The notes: a model not told the origin generated them from the sequence alone. A DNA stretch of 64,000 nt from Anthoceros angustus (GCA_010909165.1 MU008163.1:1550001-1614000), one strand, 5' to 3'. Positions 47,660 through 59,818 are shown, counted from the stretch's first letter. Program-made: numbers and translations.

Positions 47660-48945
47660 ACAGTTGGCCTAAATCAGTCATCTCAAAACGAGATAGCAAG
47701 ACCTTCTTAATTTTCTCCATCAGGGAAGGAGAGGTGCGAATAAAGTTATCATCGACATAAGCGATAAGTATAATAAAGTCATCTCCATCCCATAGAATGT
47801 AGACACTTGTGTCAGCCAAACATGTAAAGCCTAACTCAATGAGTAGAGCATGAAATGTCTCATTCGCACTAGAAGACTATTTTAAGCCATACAACGTTTT
47901 AAGCAAGCACACTTTCTTCGTGTCCATAACGAAACCTTACGGTTGGCTCATATAAATTTCTTCTTCTAGAGACCCGTTTAAGCGGTCTTGACATCTAATT
48001 GGTGTACAAGTAAACCATACTGTGCAGCTAGGGCTAGAAGAATTCTGACTGAAGTAGCCTTTACAACAGGTGCAAAGGTCTCGTTATAGTCTAGTCCTTC
48101 TACCTGGCTGTATCCTTTGGCAACTAAACGTGCCTTATACCTTCCAACTGTGCCATATGCATTCAACTTCTTTTTAAAGACCCATTTGCATGTGACAGGT
48201 TTCCTACCATGAGGTAAATCAACTAAAGACCAGGTTTGATTAGCAATTAGGGAGTTATACTTAGACTTAACGGCTAACTAGGTTTACGCTTTAGGTCGTG
48301 GACGTTCTGGTAGGTTGGTTCACCAAGGGAAGAAGACACGTTGAAGGCATGATGAGGTTTCCTACGTGCAAGACCCGGCTACAAAGAGGGTTACGCCCAT
48401 TAGGACGTCTCACTCTAGAGGAATGCCTAAGAATAGGTGAGGAAGGGGAGAAAGGTCCGTGCGTAAGACATGGCCGTGTAGTAGTCGTTGATTGAGGGAT
48501 CGGGTTCAACTTCCTCAGTTCAACAACATCGGGAAAAAAGTCTGGTGATAGGAATGAGGTGAAGAAGACTCATCCGGTCAGACGGGTGTAGACCGCAGAC
48601 CGGTGGTGTTGACTGAGTAGTTGTTGTCTGAACAGCAGGTGTAAATGAGGTTGTGGTGCCCCCTGAAGATGTAGAAGGTGAAACTGGATCATCAACATCA
48701 AAGACAGAAATATTAGTCGTACTGTCAAAGAGATCACCAGAGTCATCAACTCCTTAAATAGATGGTAGTAATGAAGGTGCATGAGGCAAAAGAGTGGCTT
48801 GATGCTGTCGAAGAAGGGCATCCTCATGAAAAACAACGCTGCGGGCTATGGACAGCTGACGTGTGTGAGGGTCGAACAGTTTGTAGACCTTGGCCTCGTC
48901 ACTGTAGCCAACAAAGATGCGTCTAACAGCCTGTGGACTACGCCC
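47065..48945. repeat. Degenerate tandem duplicate of 48945-50875 (end of insertion B1, copia RT, and first bases of insertion A1)
   Basis: Same sequence with many small deletions. It reproduces the CCACA/ACAGT junction at 47659 and the CAGCC/TGTGG junction near 48930. Confidence 0.8.
47135..47210. repeat. ~21-bp tandem repeat x3-4 in element B1
   Basis: GGGGTCTGTGTGGCCCAAGA units. Confidence 0.75.
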
Positions 48946-49536
48946 TGGGGTTTTTCCCGATCCTCTTTCCCAACCCGCCACCAGCGTGTTTTATTCCATG
49001 AGGGGTCTGTGTGGAGGGGTCTGTGGCCCAAGAGGGGTCTGTGGTGGCCCAAGGAGGGGGGCCTGTGGCGTGAGGAGAGGGAGAGAGGATTTATTAGGAA
49101 GGGAGAAAGGTCCCCGAAGGGTGGATGAGTGGCCGCGTGAGGGATTGTGAGTGCGTGAGGGGAAATCGGAAATGAGTAAGGAGAGTGTGCGTGGAATCGG
49201 AAATTCCTGGAAGTAAAGTGAGGCGTGTATAAGTGTGTGTATGTCCATAGCCCCCAAGGTCTGCGCCAGAGAAGCAGGTGACAAATAGCCCCCGCGACAA
49301 AGCGGCTGCGTGGCCGACCACGATTGGTTGAACCCGCCATCGCGGTGGCCGAGTCTTCCACGTGGGTTTGGGGGGTAGTAATAAGGTGGGGTAGTGATCG
49401 ATGGGGTAAGTCTAGAATCCATAGTTTTAGAACATCTTGACACAAAACCATTCCTTTGGGATCGAATCCTAGGACTATGACATAGAGGGTAAATGTGGCC
49501 TCTTTGCGTCACCAGATGCAAAAACCCCATTCCACA

Positions 49537-50863
49537 ACAGTTGGCCTAAATCAGTCATCTCAAAACGAGATAGCAAGACCTTCTTAATTTTCTCCATCAG
49601 GGAAGGAGAGGTGCAGAATAAGAAGTTATCATCGACATAAACGATAAGTATAATAAAGTCATCTCCATCCCATAGAATGTAGACACTTGTGTCAGCTGCC
49701 AAACATGTAAAGCCTAACTCAATGAGTAGAGCATGAAATGTCTCATTCCAGGCACGAGAAGACTATTTTAAGCCATACAACGTTTTAAGCAGCTTGCACA
49801 CTTTCTTCGTGTCCATAACGAAACCTTCTGGTTGGCTCATATAAATTTCTTCTTCTAGAGACCCGTTTAGAAAAGCAGTCTTGACATCTAATTGGTGTAC
49901 AAGTAAACCATACTGTGCAGCTAGGGCTAGAAGAATTCTGACTGAAGTAGCCTTTACAACAGGTGCAAAGGTCTCGTTATAGTCTAGTCCTTCTACCTGG
50001 CTGTATCCTTTGGCAACTAAACGTGCCTTATACCTTCCAACAGTGCCATCTGCATTCAACTTCTTTTTAAAGACCCATTTGCATGTGACAGGTTTCCTAC
50101 CATGAGGTAAATCAACTAAAGACCAGGTTTGATTAGCAATTAGGGAGTTATACTCAGACTTAATGGCTAACTTCTAGTGTTCTGCTTTAGGTCCAGTGAC
50201 AGCTTCTAGGTAGGTTGCAGGTTCACCAAGGGAAGAAGACACGTTGAAGACAGGCTGATGAGGTTTCCTACGTGCAAGACCAGCTACAAAAGAGGGTTCT
50301 GCCCATTCGCTCATAGGACGTCTCACTCTAGAGGAATGCCTAAGAATAGGTGAGGAAGGGGGAGAAAGGTCTGGTGCAGGTAAGACATGGCCAGGTAGTA
50401 TGTCAGGTTCAGATTCAGAGGGATCAGGTTCAACTTCCTCGGATTCAACAACATCAGGAAAAAAAGCTGGTGATAAGGAATGAGGTGAAGAAGACTCATC
50501 TGGGTCAAGTACGGGTGTAGACCAGACAGCAGCTGGTGGTGTTGACTGAGTAGTTGTTGTCTGAACAGCAGGTGTAAATGAGGTTGTGGTGCCCCCTGAA
50601 GATGTAGAAGGTGAAACTGGATCATCAACATCAAAGACAGAAATATTAGTCGTACTGTCAAAGAGATCACCAGAGTCATCAACTCCTTAAATAGATGGTA
50701 GTAATGAAGGTGCATGAGGCAAAAGAGTGGCTTGATGCTGTCGAAGAAGGGCATCCTCATGAAAAACAACGCTGTGGCTATGGACTATGGGACGTGTGAG
50801 GGTTTGGTCAGTTTGTAGACCTTGGCCTCGTCACTGTAGCCAACAAAGATGCGTCTAACAGCC
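49537..50863 (-). pseudogene. Copia integrase C-terminus and reverse transcriptase (N-terminal part)
   Basis: IFVGYSDEAKVYKL; RYKARLVAKGYSQVEGLDYNETFAPV..QLDVKTAFLNG..IYMSQPEGF..LYGLK; IVYVDD..FEMTDLGQL. Confidence 0.92.
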
Positions 50864-53800
50864 TGTGGACTACGGGCTTCCCGGGGGGGTTAGAAATTAG
50901 GTAGGATTTGTTTTTTGTGGGAGCGATAAAATGAGGCGAAAAGGAGGAAATAAGCACGGTTAGCACCGGACGGCACTCGAGTATACTCCGACCGAGTGAG
51001 GAACGACTAGACCCACGATGGCGCATAAGGTAACGGTAAGTCCGGACCCACCTGTGACCAGGTGATAAGCACGTGAAAGTAACTTAGAAGTTGGGCCGTA
51101 TGACGGACTAGGCGACGCCACGGACGACCGAGTGGAGGACGGCATGCAGGTCAGACCGTGAACCTGCTGCAGAGGCCGTTATAGCAGTATTCACGCCTGG
51201 CCGCGCGCGCGAGGGGCCGCAGTGCACGCGAGAGGCCGTAGTACGCGGGCGGGGCCGAGTAAGCCATGCACTGGCGCCACGGATGTGAAGAGGCGCCTCC
51301 CGCCGTTACTCCCGGCGTGGTCGGAAGGCTGGCTCACCGCGCAGCCTCGAGACAATTTCGCGATCTCGCGCCCGCACCGCTCGGGCGGTATCTCGTGGAC
51401 ACTCAGACGCCTGCGCGGCTCACCGCTGAGGCTCGAGCAACGAACGCGGGAAGAACGTGCTGCCAGCCTCCCAAGGCCAAGGCAACCAAGGGAGGAGAAG
51501 GCGATGGCACCCAAAAGCCCGCTGGAAGTTTGGGAGCCATGGAACCTTGTGGAGCGCAACATTGTGACCCGCGCTATCCGGACTTTGGGCTCGCCCGTGA
51601 AGCGGAGAATTGGTGCAGGAGTGGCATTTGGATGTGTTCCATGGTCCGACATTTGACAACATGTCACTCGTCCGGAGTTTGCCCAAGATGCCGGGCGGTC
51701 AATAAGGAGGTGCGGTCCAAGAACCTCCGGAGGACCCAAGGCGATGGACCTTGAGGTCCCAAGGCGCCTACAACCGCCCCAAGGAGGAAGAGGGAGGGTG
51801 CCGAGCCCTCAAGGCGAAGGGAAGATAGGTCCGCCCACAGATGCTAAGGCTCGACGAACGACCACCAACGGTTGGTCGATATCCGACTGCTGGATGGCCG
51901 AGTCGTGGGTGGATCATCGCCCATCGAACCTACTCACCAAGGTGGATCACCTTGGTGATAATCTATTGGTGTTCCCGCACGCTGCAGCTGGGAAGAGGGC
52001 GACCGGGAGGATTATCTTCGCCTGCTTAGCTGTGAGGCTCGCAAGCTGTGGACCGAGAAGCCTCGCCATCTGGGCCGCCCCATACCGATCCATGTATGGG
52101 GCATTTCAACCCTCAAGGAAGGAGAGCTTGAGCGAGCGCCCGGAAAGGACTGAGGCCCCGCCAAGTGGAGCGGCAAGGGCGCCGAGGGAGGAGGCCGTCG
52201 AAAACCAAACGGACTGGAGGAGGACGATCGAGGATTCCTGACCCATACGTGAACGGACCCCTCACCACCTGTGGAAGTATGGGAAGCACCCGCCTCCTCC
52301 TTCCGTGCCCCAACCGTAATGCCCAAGCAGAAGCGCCTGACCCCAGCCACCGCCATCACTCCTACCGAGGAGCCCCGCCGACTGTGAGAGAGCCAAGAAA
52401 CGCAAGACCACGGCTACCAACGCTGCACCCCGGCCAAGATTCTTCCCCGCCGACGGAGTGGCAAGAAGCGGAGGAAGCAGAAGGAGGTAGGACGCCTGTG
52501 GAGGAGGACACCGGCAGCAGATCCAGAGCCGGGTCCTGCCGGCTGTGAAGGGGCAAAAGGGCGTGCTCCCGGACTCCATCACCTCCGCCGAGCCCCAGGA
52601 GGAAAAGGGCGGAGAAGGAGCTCGCGGCCAAAAGGGCCAAGGAGGGGAAGCCCGAGCCAAAGACTCGTGACCTAAGGGTCCCGATTGTCCGAGAACCCAC
52701 CGACTTGCTCCGGATCATGGTATGGAGGTCCTTGACGGACTGTGAGATGCCGGCCCCGCCACGGACTTTGTGGGAGCCTCACTCAGCCGCCGTGGAGGAA
52801 ACACGGCGGTCCTGCCACCGCCATGGACGGTATGCCTGGGGTCTCAAGGGATGGCCGAGAAGACCTGTGGAGGTGAAGCCACCCGAGGCGCATGGTACCT
52901 CCGTGAGCAGCTGGAGGAGCCCAGAGGCGAGAAGGAAGGCCAAGCTCCCAGGATTGAGGAAGGAAAACGCCGGAGGCGGAGAGGAGGTCCGTCCATCCGC
53001 AAGGACCGGACTAAATTCCTTCACCGAGGAACAAGGGCCAAGGAGGCCCAAGCGCGGCGGAGGACCTCCGCAGTGAGGGCGAGCGCAGCAGAAGCGAGGA
53101 CGCCCGGCGCAAGCGAACGGGCGCGGATCTCGCGAGGCACTGACCGACCAGAGCCAAGCCGGAGAGGCTCGTGAAGGTGGCCAAGGAGGCGGAGGCCACG
53201 GCGGGCCGATCGCGATCACTATCGGTGATCGAACCGGTGGAGGGAGGCGGCCGAGAGAGCCACGCCAATCAAGGCCGAGCAAGTGGTCATGAGCAAGCAC
53301 TCCGAGCCGTGAGGAGGCATCGGAGGCCAGCACCCGGGAGATTGGGGACCCTGTGGTGCACTGCAGGAGGTAGAAGGGCGGCGGCAGGAGCTGGAGGACA
53401 GCAAGGACACCTTGGAGTTGCAACTCCAAGATGCATCGGAGCAGCAGGGGGTTCTCAACGAGAGAATCCAAGACTTCGAGCGAGAGGTAGAACGCCTCCA
53501 GCTCCGCTTGAAGACGGAGGAGAATAGGCGGCGGTGCAAGGAGTTCGACGTCGCAAGGTTGCAGCAGGATGTGGCGGAAGCCAGGAGTCGGACGGGGATA
53601 CCGGCCCGCCTGGAGAAGGAAGTGGAGGACCTCCGGGAAAGAATAGACGAAGGGAAGAAAGCACTGGAGGAAGGCGCAGCTTGCTCGTCCGGCAGGAAGG
53701 TAAGGGAGCTCACCCATGGCCCGCAAATCAAGTGAGTCAACAACGACGGGAGGAGGAGAACGTCGAGCAGCAAAGGTTGCAAGAGGTAATCTGAGGCAGC

Positions 53801-55422
53801 CTTGACGGCCTCAAGGGAGTCCGCCCACCATACCGTAAGCTTGGCCACGGAGACGGCGCCAGGTGGGCGATCCGCCTGCCACGAGCACCTCGAGGAGGGA
53901 GTACCGTGCCCGGCTCATGTAGAGGAGGCGATTCAAAGTCGATTCCGACCGCCTACTACCACGCAGAGCTCCTCAAGGCTCGAGGTCCCGCGCCACCCCA
54001 GTGGAGGTGGACTCCAAGGGATGGAAGGAGGAGCGAGAGGACGGACCCGGGACAAGACAACCGCTGGAGTCCTAGGAGCGCCTGCTTGACGACGGCAGCA
54101 GCAGCGAGGAGAGCAGGAGGAACCGGAGGAGGAAGGGTCGCCACACCGAGGTAAGCACTCAGACCTCGCATGGAAGGACGAGGGAGGATCTTGAGAGGAA
54201 GGGAAAGGGTGCAACCGGGCATTCGGGAACCAAGGGAGGGCTCAGGATGAACCCATGACCAGTGAGGAGGCATGCCCAGAGTTCGAGGGTCCTGACTTTG
54301 TCCGGACTGAGGAAGGCCGATCCCGAGGTCCGCCTCAAGGAAGTCCGACTTAGGGATCCACTAGTGACGATCCCGAGGTCCGACCCTGAAGGGTTGGGTC
54401 CAAGACCGGACCTCAGGCAAGTCCGGCCCCCGAGGACCTGACTGAAAGAAGGCGGCCTGTGGAGACCGGACTCAGAGGGAAGACTGACCTAGAGGTCCGG
54501 ACCCGAGTCGAGACAGGTCCCGAGGTCCAAACTGGGAGTGGGGAGAGCCACCAACACCAACCCCAAGCAGATCCACTTGAGGGCCATCGCGGGGCCCGCC
54601 AGAGAGAGAAGAGGGAGGACGAGGAAGACTTGGTGATGGCTGCCGCCCGCCGGGCGCAGCACCCTGGAAGAGGAAGGGGTCCCGCGATCATCCGATTGCC
54701 GCACTGACTGTGGCCCGGCCGCCAAGAAGGAATGGGGCTATCCCACACCACCGACCGCGATAGGGAATAGAGGTAGTAGGCGGCGGTTAGGCACACCGAA
54801 ATGGCCCCTCACCGTAATAGAGGTAATAAAGGCGCACCTTCGCGAGTATAAGAGGGCTAAGGCCGCCCAATAAATCATCTTCTTGGTGTTGATGCCGCTG
54901 CCTGCACCTTTGTGTGTCTTCTGCTAACGTGAGTCCCGAGTCACCGAAAGGTGCACGCCCGGGAGATTGACGTGGTCCCGTGACACCTAACGTGTTGTGG
55001 TGTGCAGGAAGGGTGATCGTGCTCGCCGAGCGCCCAAAGACCGAACTGGACGAACGTGAGCCGGAGGAACTCCGGAGGGCGGCAGAGCCCGGACGGAGAG
55101 GCCCATGAACGACGAGGAGGTCCGATCGGTAACCCGCGCTGCCTTTTCTAAGACCGAGTGTAGCGTGAGGAGAGAGGAAAGGACGAAGTGTGAGTGACGA
55201 ATGAACGATACGGACGCGAACGGTCCCTAAACGCTTGGCCATACCGGGCTCAGACGGTGAACGCTAGAGTAGTTAGAGTATGTGCGAGATCGAACGAGCG
55301 CGGCGCGGTAGGAATCACCAAACGCGCAAACGGAGCCTATCATTCCCTTGGGAACGGATTTCTTCCTACAACGACACGGGATTGTGCGCGCCCGGCTGGC
55401 CATCAGCGAAAGTCGCGCCACA
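50864..55422 (+). mobile_element. Nested insertion A1 (4559 bp), TGTGG...CCACA, 5-bp TSD CAGCC; giant solo LTR or LTR-less element
   Basis: CAGCC at 50859-50863 and 55423-55427; removal restores copia KLDPKAVRRIFVGYS. TATAAG at 54847 and AATAAA at 54869 lie near the right end. Confidence 0.85.
51504..54260 (+). pseudogene. Decayed ORF of element A1: MAPKSPLEVWEPW N-terminus, KVDHLGDNLLVF..(DW)GRIIF domain, long Glu/Arg-rich coiled coil
   Basis: Pieces in shifting frames, e.g. 53412-53735 ELQLQDASEQQGVLNERIQDFEREVERLQLRLK; homologous to A2 pieces. Confidence 0.6.
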
Positions 55423-55562
55423 CAGCCTTAGGATCAAGTTTAGCACGTAAAGCAGAAGGAACAAGAGCATATGCAAGAGAGCCAAAAATCCTAAGATGTG
55501 AAATGCGTGGCTTTTTCACATGCCAGCGCTCATGTGAGGTTACTAAACCAAGTTCCTTTGTG

Positions 55563-56876
55563 GGCAGCCTATTCTACACATAGTTGGCAGCTATGAGGGC
55601 TTCTGCCCAATATCCACGAGTAAGTCCAGCAAAGGATAAGCTGGAGAGAGTAGCCTCCTGTAAGGTTGATTCTTCCGTTCGTGCAAAAGCATTTGGTGTG
55701 TATAAGTAATCGTGAATTCATCCGAACTCCTCTTGACAAAACTCTTGAAAGGATCTATTGGTGTACTCGCGGCCATTATTAGTACGTAAAAACTTGATCT
55801 TGGCACCAGTATGTCGTGCCATCGCCACATATTTCAAATGTGAGGAGGCCTCACTCTTGTGGTGAAGAATGTCTGACAAAACCGACTCCACTCACAATAA
55901 AAGTTATGAAGTAAGCGGCTCCACCAAGAGAGAGTGGACATAGGGTCACATATATCACTATGTACAAAGATGTAAAAGGTGGAGCTCTAGAGAGGTCCTT
56001 ATCCTTGTAGGGTGAGAGATAGCTTTCTGGTTTGGCGAGTCCTGAGTAAAGCATCATCATTGAAGGTGAAAGTAAAGGGGTACCTAAAGACATTATTCCT
56101 AATGAGAGAAGAAAGACGCTGAAAGTTGACGTGACCTAGCCTACAATGCCACAACTATGTAGGGGTTAAGTGAGACATCGGTATTGAATTAGCAAATGAC
56201 TAGGAAAGGAAGTCTTGACGTGTAACAAATACAAATCATTGTAAGGAGTGCAGAACATTTCATCCAGTTTGAAAAGGCGAGAGATAGAACATCCGGAATG
56301 GTCAAAATAAATACGACAAGAGTGCTCTTGGGATAATCTAAGAACTGACATAAGGTTCTTGGTCATAGAGGGGACAAAAAGTACATCGGACAATGAAAGA
56401 ACTGACCTATCTGGTAGTTCTACGATGACTGTACCAGTTCCCTTTATGGCTAAGCCACTTTCATCACCCAACAAGACAAATTGATGGTCATCAGTTGAAG
56501 GACAAAATGAAGAGAAAGCTCCCCTGTCAAAACATATGTGGCTGGTAGCTCCAGAATCTAAGAACCACATGTCTACTTGAATCTGAACAGAAGCGAGACA
56601 AACTACTAAGATGATTGGAGACTTAGCAGGAATGGTTGACTTGGATGTTGTCAAGTTTGATTCTGGCAAAGGAGCTTCTCTCTTGGGTTCTCCTGAACGT
56701 TTCTTCCTACAGTCACATTCGTAATGGCCAGCAATCTTACACCAATTGCAAGTAAAAGTCCTACGTTGCAAATTTGGTTATCGTGCTGCAGATGGAGAGC
56801 CACGCCCACGTCCACCTCTGCCACGACTACTACCTCTGCCCCTTGAGGAAAACAACATTGTTGTTGGAAGCCTATT
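55563..56876 (-). repeat. Deletion-riddled tandem duplicate of the PR/IN region (copy of about 56875-58190)
   Basis: Same sequence with many 1-4 nt deletions. Confidence 0.8.
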
Positions 56877-58038
56877 CTACACATAGTTGGCAGCTATGAG
56901 GGCTTCTGCCCAATATCCACGAGTAAGTCCAGCAAAGGATAAGCTGGAGAGAGTAGCCTCCTGTAAGGTTTGATTCTTCCGTTCAGCAAAAGCATTTTGA
57001 GCAGGTGTATAAGGCACTGTGAATTCATGCTGAACTCCCTCTTCAGCACAAAACTCTTGAAAGGATCTATTGGTGTACTCGCGGCCATTATTAGTACGTA
57101 AAAACTTGATCTTGGCACCAGTATGTCGCTGTGCCATCGCCACATATTTCTGAAATGTGAGGAGGGCCTCACTCTTGTGGTGAAGAATGTATACAGCACA
57201 AAACCGACTCCACTCGTCAATAAAAGTTATGAAGTAAGCAGCTCCACCAAAAGAGAGAGTGGACATAGGGTCACATATATCACTATGTACAGCATGTAAA
57301 AGGCTGGGAGCTCTAGAGAGGTCCTTATCCTTGTAGGGCTGAGAGATAGCTTTGCTGGTTTGACAGGAGTCACAGAAAGCATCATCATTGAAGGTGAAAG
57401 TAAAGGGGTACCTAAAGACATTATTCCTAATGAGAGAAGAAAGACGCTGAAAGTTGACGTGACCTAGCCTACAATGCCACAACTATGTAGGGGTTAAGTG
57501 AGACACTGGTATTGAATTCGCAGAATGACTAGGAAAGGAAGTCTTGACGTGTAACAAATACAAATCATTGTAAGGAGTACCCGAGAACATTTCATCCCAG
57601 TTTGAAAGACGAGAGATAGAACATCCGGAATGGTCAAAATAAATACGACAAGAGTGCTCTTGGGATAATCTAAGAACTGACATAAGGTTCTTGGTCATAG
57701 AGGGGACAAAAAGTACATCGGACAATGAAAGAACGCTATCTGGTAGTTCTCGATGACCGTATTTTCCCTTTTATGCCACTTTCATCACCCAACAAGACAA
57801 ATTGATGGTCATCAGTTGAAGGACAAAATGAAGAGAAAGCTCCCCTGTCAAAACATATGTGGCTGGTAGCTCCAGAATCTAAGAACCACATGTCTACTTG
57901 AATCTGAACAGAAGCGAGACAAACTACTAAGATGATTGGAGACTTAGCAGGAATGGTTGACTTGGATGTTGTCAAGTTTGATTCTGGCAAAGGAGCTTCT
58001 CTCTTGGGTTCTCCTGAACGTTTCTTCCTGATCCACAT
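56877..58038 (-). pseudogene. Copia protease, GAG-pre-integrase and integrase core
   Basis: WFLDSGATSHIC; WHCRLGH; LHAVHSDIC..FITFIDEWSRF..IKFLRTNNGREY..PYTPAQNAFAERKNQTL. Confidence 0.9.
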
Positions 58039-58039
58039 T

Positions 58040-58882
58040 CGTAATGGCCAGCAATCTTACACCAATTGCAAGTAAAAGTCCTACGTTGCAAATTTGGTTA
58101 TCGTGCTGCAGATGGAGAGCCACGCCCACGTCCACCTCTGCCACGACTACTACCTCTGCCCCTTGAGGAAAACAACATTCTGTTGTTGTTGGAACTTGAA
58201 CCCTTGGACTTGTTGAGCCCTCTTGCTCGCTCTTTAGCAAGTAGAGCCCTAAATACCTCTTCAAGGGTAAGGTTTGGGACATTCCCTACACCAGCAGCTT
58301 GTTGGGCTGCTCTTATGGTAGCATTCTGAGAGCTTGAAAACTATGAGTAGCTCTCTAGTAGGGATGCTAAAGGCCAAGTGAGGCTTGTACTTCAGTAAGG
58401 ATCGTGCCACAGTAAGCCAAATTCCCTCGAGCAGTCCTAAACTTGTTGATGTAGGACTCAACTGCTTCATTCTCTTTCATACGCAAATAGAAGAAATCTC
58501 GAAATGATTGTATCAATGAAGCCGAACTCTTATCCTTGTATATCATGGTAAAGTTGTTCCATACAGATGCAAAGGTGTCTGCACCAAGGGTATGAGGCAT
58601 CATGGTCCCATCAAGTGAAGCGCTAGCCATGATGATGGAACGTGCACGCCTATCCTTCCGCTTCCAAGCTAGGACATCTGCAGCATTTTGTTGAGTAGGT
58701 ACTGGCGACGTCTCTGTCCCATCTACCACTCCCATCAACTCATTCTCCTCTAGAATCTGTGTGAGTCTCATTGCCCATACAGAGTAATCAGTGCCGTTAA
58801 ACCGATCACGGTCCTTGAAATCAATCTTCATAGTACCAGGAAGAGGGGCTGCCATCTGAACTGTAGCAGCAGGGTTGGGCAC
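58040..58882 (-). pseudogene. Copia gag (UBN2-like region and CCHC zinc knuckle), frameshifted
   Basis: RFNGTDYSVW..LMGVVDG..WKRKDRRARSII..LRMKENEAVESYINKF; knuckle CNWCKIAGHYECDC (read clearly in the duplicate at 56166-56771). Confidence 0.85.
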
Positions 58883-59810
58883 TGGATTCAGAAATAGGGT
58901 TACCAGTTCCTTGTCTTGTGGAAGGCCCTGGCTGCTGTTGTTGAGCTGCAGAGGTGCCTAGTGAAGGGCCACCTTGCAGACCTGTAGAAGTAGTGCCATA
59001 AGGTCCTGATGGCAGGGTGCCAAATAAGCCTGAAGAAGCTGTGCCAAAAATCGTTGAAGGATTAGTGAATATTGCTTCAGTAGGCAGAGAACCAAAAGCA
59101 CCAGTAAATGGAAAACCAATCGTTCTAGGTTGATTATAATTGAAAATCGCAAAACAGCCTGGTGATGAAGATGAAGCGGATGGGGTTTGTGGAGACCGCT
59201 CCTCCACTGTGCCACCATCTGTGTTATTTGTAGGCGCCCTTGAGTCTGGATCGTACAAGCCGAGGTCGTCGTCATCCTCGGGGTTGGAATGCATCGCTGC
59301 GAGCAAACAATCAGCACGATGATGCAGCCCAAAGGCGTTAGATGTCACCTTTGCCATCCTGGCAAACTCTAGCACGTTGTGTGTTTCACACATAAAAAGC
59401 ATCTGTTTGATGGTCTCGCTGAGACCGTCGAACAGATCTTGGAGTCTGTTGATCTGGGCTTGAGCAGCCAGCAACTCGATGCCTTTGGATGTGAATGGTC
59501 TAACAAGGGCAGGTTGGTACGATCTCACCAGATCTGAGCGCCGATCGGGAAAGAGAGTCTTTCTATCGGCGTGACTAAGATTGGTGATGAAGTCGCGTGG
59601 TCGGTGCGAAGCAGCAGGTCTTGAGCAAGACGCCAATCCCTCAGCGCGGCAGTTAGGGCAAAGCAACTCGCGATTGATGATGGGTTGCGATGGTCTCCTG
59701 CCGGCGGATCCTCTTCCGGGGGATCCCGTCAAGACTCTGCGCTTCGGCATGTCTGTCCTTGTGTCATTGACCAGGGATCCTTTGCTGCTGGCAGGGTCGT
59801 ACAGATGCAA
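58821..59810 (-). CDS. 329-aa ORF of unknown function between the PBS and gag
   Basis: Stop-free frame with CPNC..C, an acidic patch and an S/T/G/P-rich tail; overlaps the gag frame. Confidence 0.45.
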   Translation of the reverse strand: MHLYDPASSKGSLVNDTRTDMPKRRVLTGSPGRGSAGRRPSQPIINRELLCPNCRAEGLASCSRPAASHRPRDFITNLSHADRKTLFPDRRSDLVRSYQPALVRPFTSKGIELLAAQAQINRLQDLFDGLSETIKQMLFMCETHNVLEFARMAKVTSNAFGLHHRADCLLAAMHSNPEDDDDLGLYDPDSRAPTNNTDGGTVEERSPQTPSASSSSPGCFAIFNYNQPRTIGFPFTGAFGSLPTEAIFTNPSTIFGTASSGLFGTLPSGPYGTTSTGLQGGPSLGTSAAQQQQPGPSTRQGTGNPISESSAQPCCYSSDGSPSSWYYED

Positions 59811-59818
59811 TTAACATG

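Noticed and set aside
52779-53848. Long antisense ORFs (315 and 209 aa), and equivalents at 32728-34369
   Set aside because: They are Leu/Ser/Pro-rich mirror frames of the GC-rich coiled-coil coding strand.
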